Virus record (IMG/VR): IMGVR_UViG_3300045988_105695
Span: 1-16,196 of that record
Length of the DNA: 16,196 bases
Reading direction: 5' to 3' (one strand)
Source of the DNA: a virus
Shown: positions 1-8,029 of the stretch, in pieces
How the letters are laid out: every line of letters begins with the position of its first letter
How positions within the stretch are numbered: the first letter of the stretch is position 1
Translations under genes and position numbers: made by a program
Notes under the pieces: generated by a model
Databases searched by the model: none
What the model saw: only the letters and a program-made list of their open reading frames with translations
What the model was told of the DNA's origin: nothing

Positions 1-156
1 CTTCCCCACAAGAAAAGGCCGGCCAACTAACATCACTGCCAGTCAACCAGCCTCACAGCACATCACCGTACTGCACATTATCTCACAGCGCCTCACCGCA
101 CTGTCTTTTGCTTGCCAGCCACCGTGTATCAAGTGACTGGCGAAAGGGAGGGAATG
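1..156. repeat. Left inverted terminal repeat (ITR), GC/C-rich; only 113-156 has its partner inside the window
   Basis: 113-156 (tgccagccaccgtgtatcaagtgactggcgaaagggagggaatg) is the exact reverse complement of 16153-16196 (44/44 by hand alignment). The match ends at 157/16152. 1-112 has the same atypical C-rich composition and shares the GCCAGTCA motif (38-45 on +, 135-142 on -, variant GCCAGCCA at 115-122). I therefore infer it is ITR whose right-hand copy is missing from the window. Confidence 0.75.
52..103. repeat. Imperfect 22-bp direct repeat pair inside the left terminal region
   Basis: ctcacagcAcAtcaccgTactg (52-73) versus ctcacagcGcCtcaccgCactg (82-103): 19/22 identical, 30-bp period. 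Confidence 0.7.
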
Positions 157-273
157 TGTTAGTCATTTACCTAACCGAACTTTACAGAAAAGTCAAGTAA
201 CAACCAACACTTACAGAAGATTTACACTATTCCTTTCTATAATATAATACACCATATATAATAGAATTGCAAA

Positions 274-1290
274 TTAGAATTTTGATAAAATGTAAGTCAT
301 GTCTGTTTTAACCTGTGCATTGCTAAACCAAATATTACCGGCTCTAAAGTTCCTAACAATAGCACTCATCTTATAATCTTTTCGCCACTCTTTGGCAAGA
401 ATCATATTTTCGCAACGATTATTTCCAATGGCATACTTGTAGGGGTATTCCATGTTCACATCCTTGTCGATATAAAATTTACCTAACATGGTGTCAATAT
501 ACACACCATAATAGAATCCGTCTAAGTAAAGCGTGGCAAAATATCTAGCTGTCTTTTCCTTTTTAGCTATAAAATCGTTCGTGTCATAGGCAAACTCTCC
601 ACTGTTATAATCTCCGTATCGTGTTCCCTGTATCAAAGTTTGAAAACGTGACTTTTCTCCGTCCCCTTTAGAATAATCATCTCCACAGTTTTGTATTAGA
701 ATTTGTTTTACGGACTCGTTAAAATTGAATGTGTTGAACTCTTTATTTGCATTGACTGTTATATTGAAATAACTAAAGTATGGTGAACTGATAGATGTTT
801 TGTTTGCTAATAAGTACACGTGACCGTTACGTTGTCTAAAAATAGAATCCACCATATTCAAGAAGATCTCCACTTCGTTGGGAATATACATATTATACCC
901 ACCTTTTTCGGGTAGAAACTCATCAAAAATAATTGTGGTTACTTTATTAAAGGAACTTGATTTTAAATTTGCGTACAAACTCAATGGCATAGCATATCCC
1001 ATTTCTAACCCGTTGATATAAAATCTAGTGAATTTCTTTCCGGCGCTTATTTTAAACTTGTCTTTAGGGAAATTCTCAATCATATCATTTAAGAACGTGT
1101 CTATATTTTGCATGTCTGTTTTATGTCGTTTTATATAAAAGAATTGTTCTCCCTTTGTTTTGAATCTTTTTATGGCGTCTTTTTTAAAACCATATGTTTT
1201 TCCAATACCACGTCCTCCTAAGATAAAGTTTAAAAATTTATCATAAGACTTTGCACGTGCTGGTTCATACCATTTGAACTTTTTAGCCAT
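274..1290 (-). CDS. DNA encapsidation (packaging) ATPase, phi29 gp16-like
   Basis: 338 aa. Walker A is GGRGIGKT and the Walker B-like motif is TIIFDEF, followed by YIPNEVE. It is collinear with phi29 gp16 as I recall it (SYDRILNFVIGARGIGKSY, GEQFIYVRRYK, TIVFDEF..YIPNEV). It is the last gene of the late operon, as in phi29. Confidence 0.95.
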   Translation of the reverse strand: MAKKFKWYEPARAKSYDKFLNFILGGRGIGKTYGFKKDAIKRFKTKGEQFFYIKRHKTDMQNIDTFLNDMIENFPKDKFKISAGKKFTRFYINGLEMGYAMPLSLYANLKSSSFNKVTTIIFDEFLPEKGGYNMYIPNEVEIFLNMVDSIFRQRNGHVYLLANKTSISSPYFSYFNITVNANKEFNTFNFNESVKQILIQNCGDDYSKGDGEKSRFQTLIQGTRYGDYNSGEFAYDTNDFIAKKEKTARYFATLYLDGFYYGVYIDTMLGKFYIDKDVNMEYPYKYAIGNNRCENMILAKEWRKDYKMSAIVRNFRAGNIWFSNAQVKTDMTYILSKF

Positions 1291-2059
1291 CGACTACCTC
1301 AATGAGTGGAGTAGCATTTACCCATATTCCATTGTTCAATTTCACACGATTTTTAGTCACGTCTAATTCTGTCACAATCTTTTCATCCAGATACACAACA
1401 GCATTTGTGTTCGCTAAATAATTATCTTTATTACCGTCGCTTGCGTCATATTCTGAAACTTGTGATATAGGATACCAACCACCTAATTCTTCCAAATAGC
1501 AACACATATCACCACTTATATTTTTTAATCCTTGGTTTCCTATTTTCATAGGTTTACTTGAAATATGAGATCCAACATGCAAAATATCATCACACCCATA
1601 TTCATTCAAACCGCTTTCGTTCTGTTCGTTTAGCACATTCGGTCTAAACGCATAATAATCTGTAATGCTATAAGGTAGTTTAACTATGTTGAAATTTGCT
1701 CCACCGCTAGGATAGGCTTTGCCTCCTTGGTTTTGTCCTAAGAAATAGCCATACCCATTGCCACAATCTCCGTCATAAATTGCTATATGTGTATACGGTG
1801 TATAATAACTCTTTTGGAAAGTTACGATATCTCCTTTTTTAAGCACATACTGTAAAGAGTTATAATTTAAGATTCCGTTTGAATTTCGCAATGTATAGAT
1901 ATCTCCAACATATCCCGTTAAAGAACACCGACATACGGCCTGTCCTAAATACTGTGCATACTTAGCATAACCATCCCAACATTGAGCGCCATATGCTCCG
2001 TCTAAATCATAGCCTTTATTTAATACCATATTTTTAAATTCTTGATAGCTTTTTGCCAT
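1283..2059 (-). CDS. Endolysin, N-terminal CHAP peptidase/amidase domain plus C-terminal putative cell-wall-binding domain
   Basis: 258 aa. CHAP signature: catalytic Cys in GAQCWDGYAKY and His in YTHIAIYDG. The C-terminal ~100 aa are beta-rich (SH3b-like guess). It sits directly upstream of the ATPase with an 8-nt overlap, which is the phi29 gene 15 position. Confidence 0.85.
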   Translation of the reverse strand: MAKSYQEFKNMVLNKGYDLDGAYGAQCWDGYAKYAQYLGQAVCRCSLTGYVGDIYTLRNSNGILNYNSLQYVLKKGDIVTFQKSYYTPYTHIAIYDGDCGNGYGYFLGQNQGGKAYPSGGANFNIVKLPYSITDYYAFRPNVLNEQNESGLNEYGCDDILHVGSHISSKPMKIGNQGLKNISGDMCCYLEELGGWYPISQVSEYDASDGNKDNYLANTNAVVYLDEKIVTELDVTKNRVKLNNGIWVNATPLIEVVDG

Positions 2060-2070
2060 AAAATCACCTC

Positions 2071-2769
2071 TTAAAATAACTGATAAAATAAACCATATGC
2101 CATCATCTCATCATAAAGAGATGTTTCTAAAGTAATAATTGCGTCACGAGAACCCTGTAACACTTCTGCTAAAGTCTGCACGCCAATGTTACCGGATCTG
2201 TGAAACTTATACTTTTCAGTCCCTTCTGAATCTGTCTGTGAATTAGGTTCTGAAATTGATTGTGCGATACTGTCAACATATCCCGTACTTTCTAAGTCAA
2301 TTCGCCCCTGTGGTGTTGCACTTGTAAGGTTTGTTGCTTTGTCCTTTCCACTTGCTTTACTTCTTCCTGTTGTTCCTCTTTCGTATTCTTCACTATATTC
2401 CGTGTTCCACGTTGGATTTTCCTGGTCTTGGAAAGGAATCGTTTTAAATAGACTGTAATATCTTGGCATATTCACAATCATCCAATGACGTAATTCAAAT
2501 TTCCAATATTCATAAGTTTCTTGTCCAATTTCATCAAAGAAAAAATGTTGAATGATTCCTGTTTCTAGTGCTTTTTTCTTTTCTTCCATTTCATTTGTAT
2601 CATTGTAAAATTCATAATCAAAATCAAAAATCTTCTTTCTTGCCATTTCAATAATTTCGTCACGTTTCAATTCATAGTTACTTTGTAGTCTTTCAACATT
2701 TGTAAGCGCGTCACATAATTTACTTAACATCATGGTGTATTTACTCATTGTCTGCATTTTGGTCACCAC
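2071..2769 (-). CDS. Lower collar protein (phi29 gp11-like), assigned mainly by synteny
   Basis: 232 aa. It lies immediately downstream of, and overlaps by 29 nt, the connector gene, as gene 11 follows gene 10 in phi29. I did not recognise any catalytic motif. Confidence 0.6.
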   Translation of the reverse strand: MVTKMQTMSKYTMMLSKLCDALTNVERLQSNYELKRDEIIEMARKKIFDFDYEFYNDTNEMEEKKKALETGIIQHFFFDEIGQETYEYWKFELRHWMIVNMPRYYSLFKTIPFQDQENPTWNTEYSEEYERGTTGRSKASGKDKATNLTSATPQGRIDLESTGYVDSIAQSISEPNSQTDSEGTEKYKFHRSGNIGVQTLAEVLQGSRDAIITLETSLYDEMMAYGLFYQLF

Positions 2770-3664
2770 CTTTTGAAATGTCTAAATCAATAGAATTGTT
2801 GTTTACTTCAATCATATCTAAAATATCGTTATAGGCTCTAAAAGATACTTTCACATTTGTTCCATATTTTTCATTTAGTTTTTTGACAAACTTTTCTCGT
2901 TCTGATAACCAAATATTACGCGACGAAATAATCTGTGTATTGTTGGCATTGACTTCTGCACTCTGCACACGTTCCTTTTTGTCTTGGTTAGCGTTGTCAA
3001 TTCCTAGTAAAGTCATACATTCTCTAAGTATAGATTGTTTTAAAACGTTGACACTTTCTGCAACCCACGGTGCCTGTGTTGGTAGTACGTTTATACTATT
3101 TAAATCAAAGTTTGACCACGTGAATATGGTTTTAACGCCTTTTCTTACTTGGTCGATAAAATTTTGAAACATGGATTTCATGCGCTTATCGCCCGCTATG
3201 ATGTAAGGTGTCCACTGCGCATCTAAGTTAACGTCAATAGTACGGGAACACAGGGAAAGTTCACGTGCATAATAGTTGATAAAGGGAATCGTACCTACGA
3301 AAAGCGGACTGTTTTTACACAACACAACCTCGTCCAAAGAATAATCTTTTGTCAATTCTCCCGTCGGGTCAACTCCTCTAAAACTTGTTGGTAGATAATA
3401 GTGATTGATTCGTCCGCCCATGGCGCACTCCAAAGCGGTCAGTCCAAAGATATCATCATTCACAATAATCAAGAAACCTCTTGTTTGTAAAATATATTCC
3501 AAATAAAATTCGTCAATCGATTCGGGCAAGTTTTCGTATTGAAACATATTCAAAGATATCTGTAGTAAATAGCTTTGATATATGTTTTCTGTTTCAAATG
3601 TTTCCATATTCGCATAATCTGTCGGACTTTTTGAATAGTTGAATAAATTTCTTCTTTGTGACAT
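2741..3664 (-). CDS. Head-tail connector / upper collar (portal) protein, phi29 gp10-like
   Basis: 307 aa (phi29 gp10 is ~309 aa). [23 protein letters not shown] resembles phi29 [50 protein letters not shown]...[15 protein letters not shown] resembles phi29 [30 protein letters not shown]...KINELYGLNVKVKFR (from memory). Confidence 0.92.
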   Translation of the reverse strand: [307 protein letters not shown]

Positions 3665-3668
3665 ACTA

Positions 3669-5882
3669 TCACACTCCTTTCTTGTGACTCAAAATAGAGC
3701 CGTATTTGTCAACCTGTGTCGGGTCTGTCAACTCGTCATTGTTTAACGTATAGTTCGCAATATCTTTCGTGTGCCACAATGTAATTCCGTTGTCAAAGCA
3801 CTGTTTGATACGTTCCAAATCAACAACATCAATGTCATGGCTTACAATGTTACACTTTACCGTCTGAATATAGTTCCAACTTTTTCTTGTGTGTAAGTTT
3901 GGTAATTCTACCAAATTTGTTGCATAACCTCGAATCGTAAATGATAATTTAGCACGGTTTTTATATTCATCTGTAGGAACGAAAAACATAAGTTTTGGTG
4001 TTAGTAAATTTAAAGATAGCATTCGATACACATCATTAGAACCACTTACTAAAGTGTCAGCTGTAGCTTTTGCGTCATTTATTCTTGCTCGGTAGGAATC
4101 AATAGCATTTTGTATATTAGTTTGTCCTTGGTACCTTGTGGCTGCGTTTCTTAATTTGTTCATAACTGCAATACTTGCATTGTTGGCTTGGTTTGTAGCA
4201 CCTACATTTTGCCATGCGTTTGTTGTCTGAGCGCTTAGCCTTGCATTGTTAGCTTGCATTTGATTGTAAGTATTTGCTCCACTTTGCAACTCACTTCCAA
4301 TAGCCTGTCCCCCTGTAAATAAAGCACCAATACCGGTATAAGTGATAGGATTTGACAACATTCCTCCCATAGAACCACCAACACCATTGATTAAGTAAGA
4401 ATTTGCTAACTGTTCATTTGCTATTTCATTCAAACTTTTATTCATTTCTGTATTATAGCCTGTCTGTTGTAAGCGTAAATTATTCTGAATAGCTCCCTGT
4501 TGTGTCATGGCACTTCCTGTCATACTAGCAATCGTGTTTGCCGTTTCTGTATTTCGTATTGTATTCGATACACCCACGTTCATTGAATTCTGCGAACTTT
4601 GCAATAATACCGCTGTATAGTCTGACACAATAGGCAATGTCATTTCATATCCATCTTCAAAAGAATCTGCTAAACCATCTAAAATAAATGAGCCTTTATT
4701 TTTAACTTTATAATTGATTGGTATATAATCTGATTTTGAACTTCCAATCGTTCCAATCGCATAAAATTCAACGTCTTGAGGATTTTCCCAAATCTCATTT
4801 TTATAGACTTTATATGTCCCATTGAAATTAGTTAGTGTTGTAAAACTAAAAGGATAATTAAAAAGTTTACTTTCTTTTTCGTAAATTACATTATTTATTT
4901 TAACACTAAAATACGTTAATAAATCGATTCCGTCTGTTTTTTCAACTAACTCTCCACCGCTTATATAATCAAACGATGATACGCTAGGAATTAAGAGAGA
5001 TAAACCACTTTCAGATGTCCATTTATACATGCTCCCGTCAAATAAAGCATTTCCGTTTGAATCTGCTTTTATACCGATTAAACTGTTCAATACTTTAATA
5101 CTCACGCATTTGTTTACAAAATTCTTATCATTTCTTATTTTCTCATAGACTTCGTTAAAAGATGATAATTGTGCTGTTGCTCCGTCTTTACTGTTTTTAA
5201 CAGTCATTTTTGAAATTGTTCCTAAACTTCCATTGAATGGAAAAATATAATTTCTTAAAACAGTCGGAACACCTTGTTCAAAGTTTGACCATTCGGAGTT
5301 ATCAAATCCACTTGTCATAGTAACCACAATATAATTGAGTTCGTGCTGTTCGGAAAAAATATTCACAACACTGTTGCATACCATTTCCGTTCCTAATTCG
5401 ATATTTTCGGGCTGTGTATTTACACAAGGCAACAAATTCCCATTTGAATTATACCACCTGTCACGGTGTTCAAAAGCAATATAACTCGGTAAAAAAGAAT
5501 CTTCAATTTCAAAGCGCCATGTCTGCATTACGTCTGTTTCAAAAGAAATGGAACAAACAGAATCACTCACATAGCCCACTTGTGTGATAAAACAGTAAAT
5601 CCATTTACTTCCAGCTCCGGCTTTTCGGTTTTTGTAAATCATATAATTGTATTTTCTGATTTCGTCAAAATCACCTTCGATATTGACTATACCATTTACA
5701 CGCTGATATGTAAAATCATTAAATACTTTATGCTCAAAGTTATTCAAGAAAAAGTTTAATTGACTTTCTTTATCTTCATATACACCCCAGTAGGTGTTGT
5801 TCATAGCGTCACATTCAACGCCCTTTAGAATATAAATTTTTGTTTCTGGCGTAAACTGATTGTTATAAACTCCAATGGTCAT
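3669..5882 (-). CDS. Tail knob protein, phi29 gp9-like, with an expanded Q/N/G-rich internal region
   Basis: 737 aa. The N-terminal KWIYCFITQVGYVSDSVCSISFETDVMQTWRFE matches phi29 gp9 [33 protein letters not shown] (from memory). RBS aaagaggtg lies 5 nt upstream of the ATG. Confidence 0.9.
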   Translation of the reverse strand: MTIGVYNNQFTPETKIYILKGVECDAMNNTYWGVYEDKESQLNFFLNNFEHKVFNDFTYQRVNGIVNIEGDFDEIRKYNYMIYKNRKAGAGSKWIYCFITQVGYVSDSVCSISFETDVMQTWRFEIEDSFLPSYIAFEHRDRWYNSNGNLLPCVNTQPENIELGTEMVCNSVVNIFSEQHELNYIVVTMTSGFDNSEWSNFEQGVPTVLRNYIFPFNGSLGTISKMTVKNSKDGATAQLSSFNEVYEKIRNDKNFVNKCVSIKVLNSLIGIKADSNGNALFDGSMYKWTSESGLSLLIPSVSSFDYISGGELVEKTDGIDLLTYFSVKINNVIYEKESKLFNYPFSFTTLTNFNGTYKVYKNEIWENPQDVEFYAIGTIGSSKSDYIPINYKVKNKGSFILDGLADSFEDGYEMTLPIVSDYTAVLLQSSQNSMNVGVSNTIRNTETANTIASMTGSAMTQQGAIQNNLRLQQTGYNTEMNKSLNEIANEQLANSYLINGVGGSMGGMLSNPITYTGIGALFTGGQAIGSELQSGANTYNQMQANNARLSAQTTNAWQNVGATNQANNASIAVMNKLRNAATRYQGQTNIQNAIDSYRARINDAKATADTLVSGSNDVYRMLSLNLLTPKLMFFVPTDEYKNRAKLSFTIRGYATNLVELPNLHTRKSWNYIQTVKCNIVSHDIDVVDLERIKQCFDNGITLWHTKDIANYTLNNDELTDPTQVDKYGSILSHKKGV

Positions 5883-5911
5883 GTTATCACCTCTTTATCT
5901 TTAGTTTAACA

Positions 5912-5948
5912 CAAAAATAAAAAGAATGATACATTGATTGTATCATTC
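5912..5948 (-). terminator. Intrinsic terminator after the tail lysin gene
   Basis: Perfect 10-bp stem gaatgataca (5924-5933) / tgtatcattc (5939-5948) with a 5-nt loop. On the minus strand it is followed by tttttattttt. The lysin stop codon (5943-5945) lies inside the stem. Confidence 0.7.
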
Positions 5949-7439
5949 AAACTGCAATAAATAATCATACAATTCCTGTGCTTTTGTTCCTCGTTCCGGT
6001 TGGTTCGGGTCAAATGGCCTTTCGTAGTTTGCTAGAAATTCAATAGCACACGTATACGTGTTTTTTGTGGTTGTCGAATACTCTCGAAAACTTTCGGGGT
6101 AAGTGGCTGTAGCAATCCATTGTTGATTGTTTTCCATTTCCCATTGTATCCTATCACATTCCGCTTGTCCAAATTTTGATACGTCATTTAATCCTACCTG
6201 TTCCTCTAACCAACTGATAATCTTTGTATAAGGTGTCCACTGAACAAGTCCAAATCCCCATTGATCGGGTGGCTGATGCCATGGGTCATCCCCTTGCCAC
6301 CGGTTTGGATTCACGGTTGATTCATACCATGCATTACCCAAGATTCCGCAAACTGCATTAAGACTCCAACCTTTCGCTTTAAAATAAGACCAAAATACTT
6401 TACAGTTATTCAAAGCTTCTTCTTCGTTCAGTGGTCTAGTACTATTGATTGTTCCCGGAATTATCCATTCTCCTGTTGGTGGTTCCGGTTCTGGATGTTC
6501 TGGTTCTTCACTTGCTTTTTTCATTAGGAAAATGTCAATTCCCATTCCGTCCATAAATAATGGAATATATTTATTTTTTGTTGGTTCCGGTTCGGGTTCT
6601 GGTCCAGGTCCACCGCCCTCATACGTTGCAAAATTTAAACCTAAGGTTTGTACAATATTTGTATCATTTATAAAATAAATTTTTGTTGGGTCTGTTGATC
6701 CTTGTAGTGCATAACATAAATTTCCATATGAACACGTCACACCAAAGCTAACATTTCCAACATTAGGAATTGTACTTTGGTCTAAATGGCAGTGGTCTCC
6801 TGTAACATTACCGCTTGTTCCCGTGTGCGCTATAACTTCCCCCTGTTTAAAACTCGTCTTGGTAGGAGGGTTATTTTGGTGAGTAAAACAAACAGTGACA
6901 TATCCTAATGTCCACCCGTTCCCGTTCGGTGTTGCATACCAAACAGGATTATCACTTGTATAGCTGCGTTCGTTTCCGTCTGACCAACTCCAAACTAAAT
7001 GGCAACTAAATGGCGCATATAAAGGATATTCAGCCGTATTACCTACTATGTCGATAGGATGTCCACAACAATGGCTTAAACTACTTGGCCCGCTCACCTG
7101 TGTGATATATAACATATCCATAGGAAAAAGGCAGACTTCGTGTCCATCACTTGCAACTAACGTTTGTCCAGATTGCACTCCAACATCAACTCCTCTCACT
7201 AAATTATGTAAATAAATATGATTCAATTCATAGTAAAAAGATAGATTTACTAATAAAGAAAAAGAGAAAAGAAAAGCTACAATCGCTTTAACTTTTCCCT
7301 CAATAGGTTTGCTTTTTGGTGTAGTCCGCATTTTTCGCATAGCTTTATAAAATACATATACGATTCTTCTAACTGTTCGGTATTTAACCCTTGTAAACTG
7401 TTGGGAATTTCGCTTGGCTTTTTGATTCTGTATAACCAT
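5943..7439 (-). CDS. Tail-associated peptidoglycan hydrolase: M23 (LytM-type) endopeptidase domain + Pro/Glu linkers + C-terminal phage-tail-lysozyme-like domain (functional analogue of phi29 gp13)
   Basis: 498 aa. The M23 signature is GEVIAHTGTSGNVTGDHCHLD (HxH), with an upstream SHCCGHPIDI. Linkers are GGGPGPEPEPEPT and EEPEHPEPEPPTGE. The C-terminal AVCGILGNAWYESTVNP matches the GILGN..ES motif typical of the phage tail lysozyme family. The start is uncertain: in-frame alternatives are M34 and M37, and there is no good RBS at any of them. Confidence 0.85.
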   Translation of the reverse strand: MVIQNQKAKRNSQQFTRVKYRTVRRIVYVFYKAMRKMRTTPKSKPIEGKVKAIVAFLFSFSLLVNLSFYYELNHIYLHNLVRGVDVGVQSGQTLVASDGHEVCLFPMDMLYITQVSGPSSLSHCCGHPIDIVGNTAEYPLYAPFSCHLVWSWSDGNERSYTSDNPVWYATPNGNGWTLGYVTVCFTHQNNPPTKTSFKQGEVIAHTGTSGNVTGDHCHLDQSTIPNVGNVSFGVTCSYGNLCYALQGSTDPTKIYFINDTNIVQTLGLNFATYEGGGPGPEPEPEPTKNKYIPLFMDGMGIDIFLMKKASEEPEHPEPEPPTGEWIIPGTINSTRPLNEEEALNNCKVFWSYFKAKGWSLNAVCGILGNAWYESTVNPNRWQGDDPWHQPPDQWGFGLVQWTPYTKIISWLEEQVGLNDVSKFGQAECDRIQWEMENNQQWIATATYPESFREYSTTTKNTYTCAIEFLANYERPFDPNQPERGTKAQELYDYLLQFE

Positions 7440-7466
7440 GACATATCACATACTTTTTTCATATTC

Positions 7467-8024
7467 TTAAACTGTTACAAAATAATGTCCAATCAGCTGG
7501 TCCGGTGTGTAGAATAACTTAATTGTTCCGCCGTCTGGTTCTCCCCTACGTTCACAATGATATAACACGTCATTCCATTTGTAATATTTTCCATATGTGT
7601 ATAAGCATCCATTGTGGGCAATATCATTATCGACAATAACAACAGGATTTGCCTGTGTTCCGCTTTCTACCTTTGTTGTCGGATTAATAATATCTACAAG
7701 GCTCGGCGCATTTTCGGTTGTTAAAGTTTCTCCGTCCGGAATCACATTCAAGACCATTGCATTGATTGTGTTTACGATTTCTTTTTCCAAAACATTCACT
7801 TTTTCTTTTTTGTATTCTTTATAGAAGTCTTCTTTATCATCAATTTTTTTTAAAACATTATCTTTCACATACTTATCAAATAAATTTTCAAAGGATTCTA
7901 ATTCAACTTGAACGTCATGCGCTTCTTTTTCAATCTCAACATTAGGATTGTAAATAGTTACTTTGTCCATTGTGGCAGTAAAAATACAACCTTTATCATC
8001 AATTTTTAAATTCATATTCAACAC
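7467..8024 (-). CDS. Hypothetical protein (probable virion/tail accessory protein)
   Basis: 185 aa. It is tightly packed between the tail fibre and tail lysin genes. The N-terminal half is acidic and K/E-rich (coiled-coil-like). The C-terminal part is a small Cys/aromatic-rich module (NGCLYTYGKYYKWNDVLYHCERRGEPDGG). I do not recognise a family. Confidence 0.55.
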   Translation of the reverse strand: MLNMNLKIDDKGCIFTATMDKVTIYNPNVEIEKEAHDVQVELESFENLFDKYVKDNVLKKIDDKEDFYKEYKKEKVNVLEKEIVNTINAMVLNVIPDGETLTTENAPSLVDIINPTTKVESGTQANPVVIVDNDIAHNGCLYTYGKYYKWNDVLYHCERRGEPDGGTIKLFYTPDQLIGHYFVTV

Positions 8025-8029
8025 CCCTT

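Noticed and set aside
17-24. GGCCGGCC palindrome and GC-rich first 112 nt as possible vector or adapter contamination
   Set aside because: I do not recognise the sequence as a vector. It is continuous in composition and motif content with 113-156, which is demonstrably repeated in inverted form at the other end. The contamination possibility remains a caveat in the ITR finding.
1-112. Alternative reading: an integrated element with 44-bp TIRs and 1-112 as host flank
   Set aside because: There is no integrase or transposase. The gene set is that of a lytic protein-primed phage. The window ends exactly within the right repeat, which fits a truncated contig end better than a host junction.
6471-6617. 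Short DNA repeats (ggttccggttc...) as a possible tandem repeat or VNTR
   Set aside because: They are the coding sequence of the Pro/Glu (PEPEPEP) interdomain linkers of the tail lysin.
7277-7462. 61-aa minus-strand ORF overlapping the 5' end of the tail lysin ORF
   Set aside because: It is not called as a gene because it has no RBS, belongs to no recognisable family and overlaps the longest lysin frame. I kept it as part of a finding because the lysin start is itself ambiguous.
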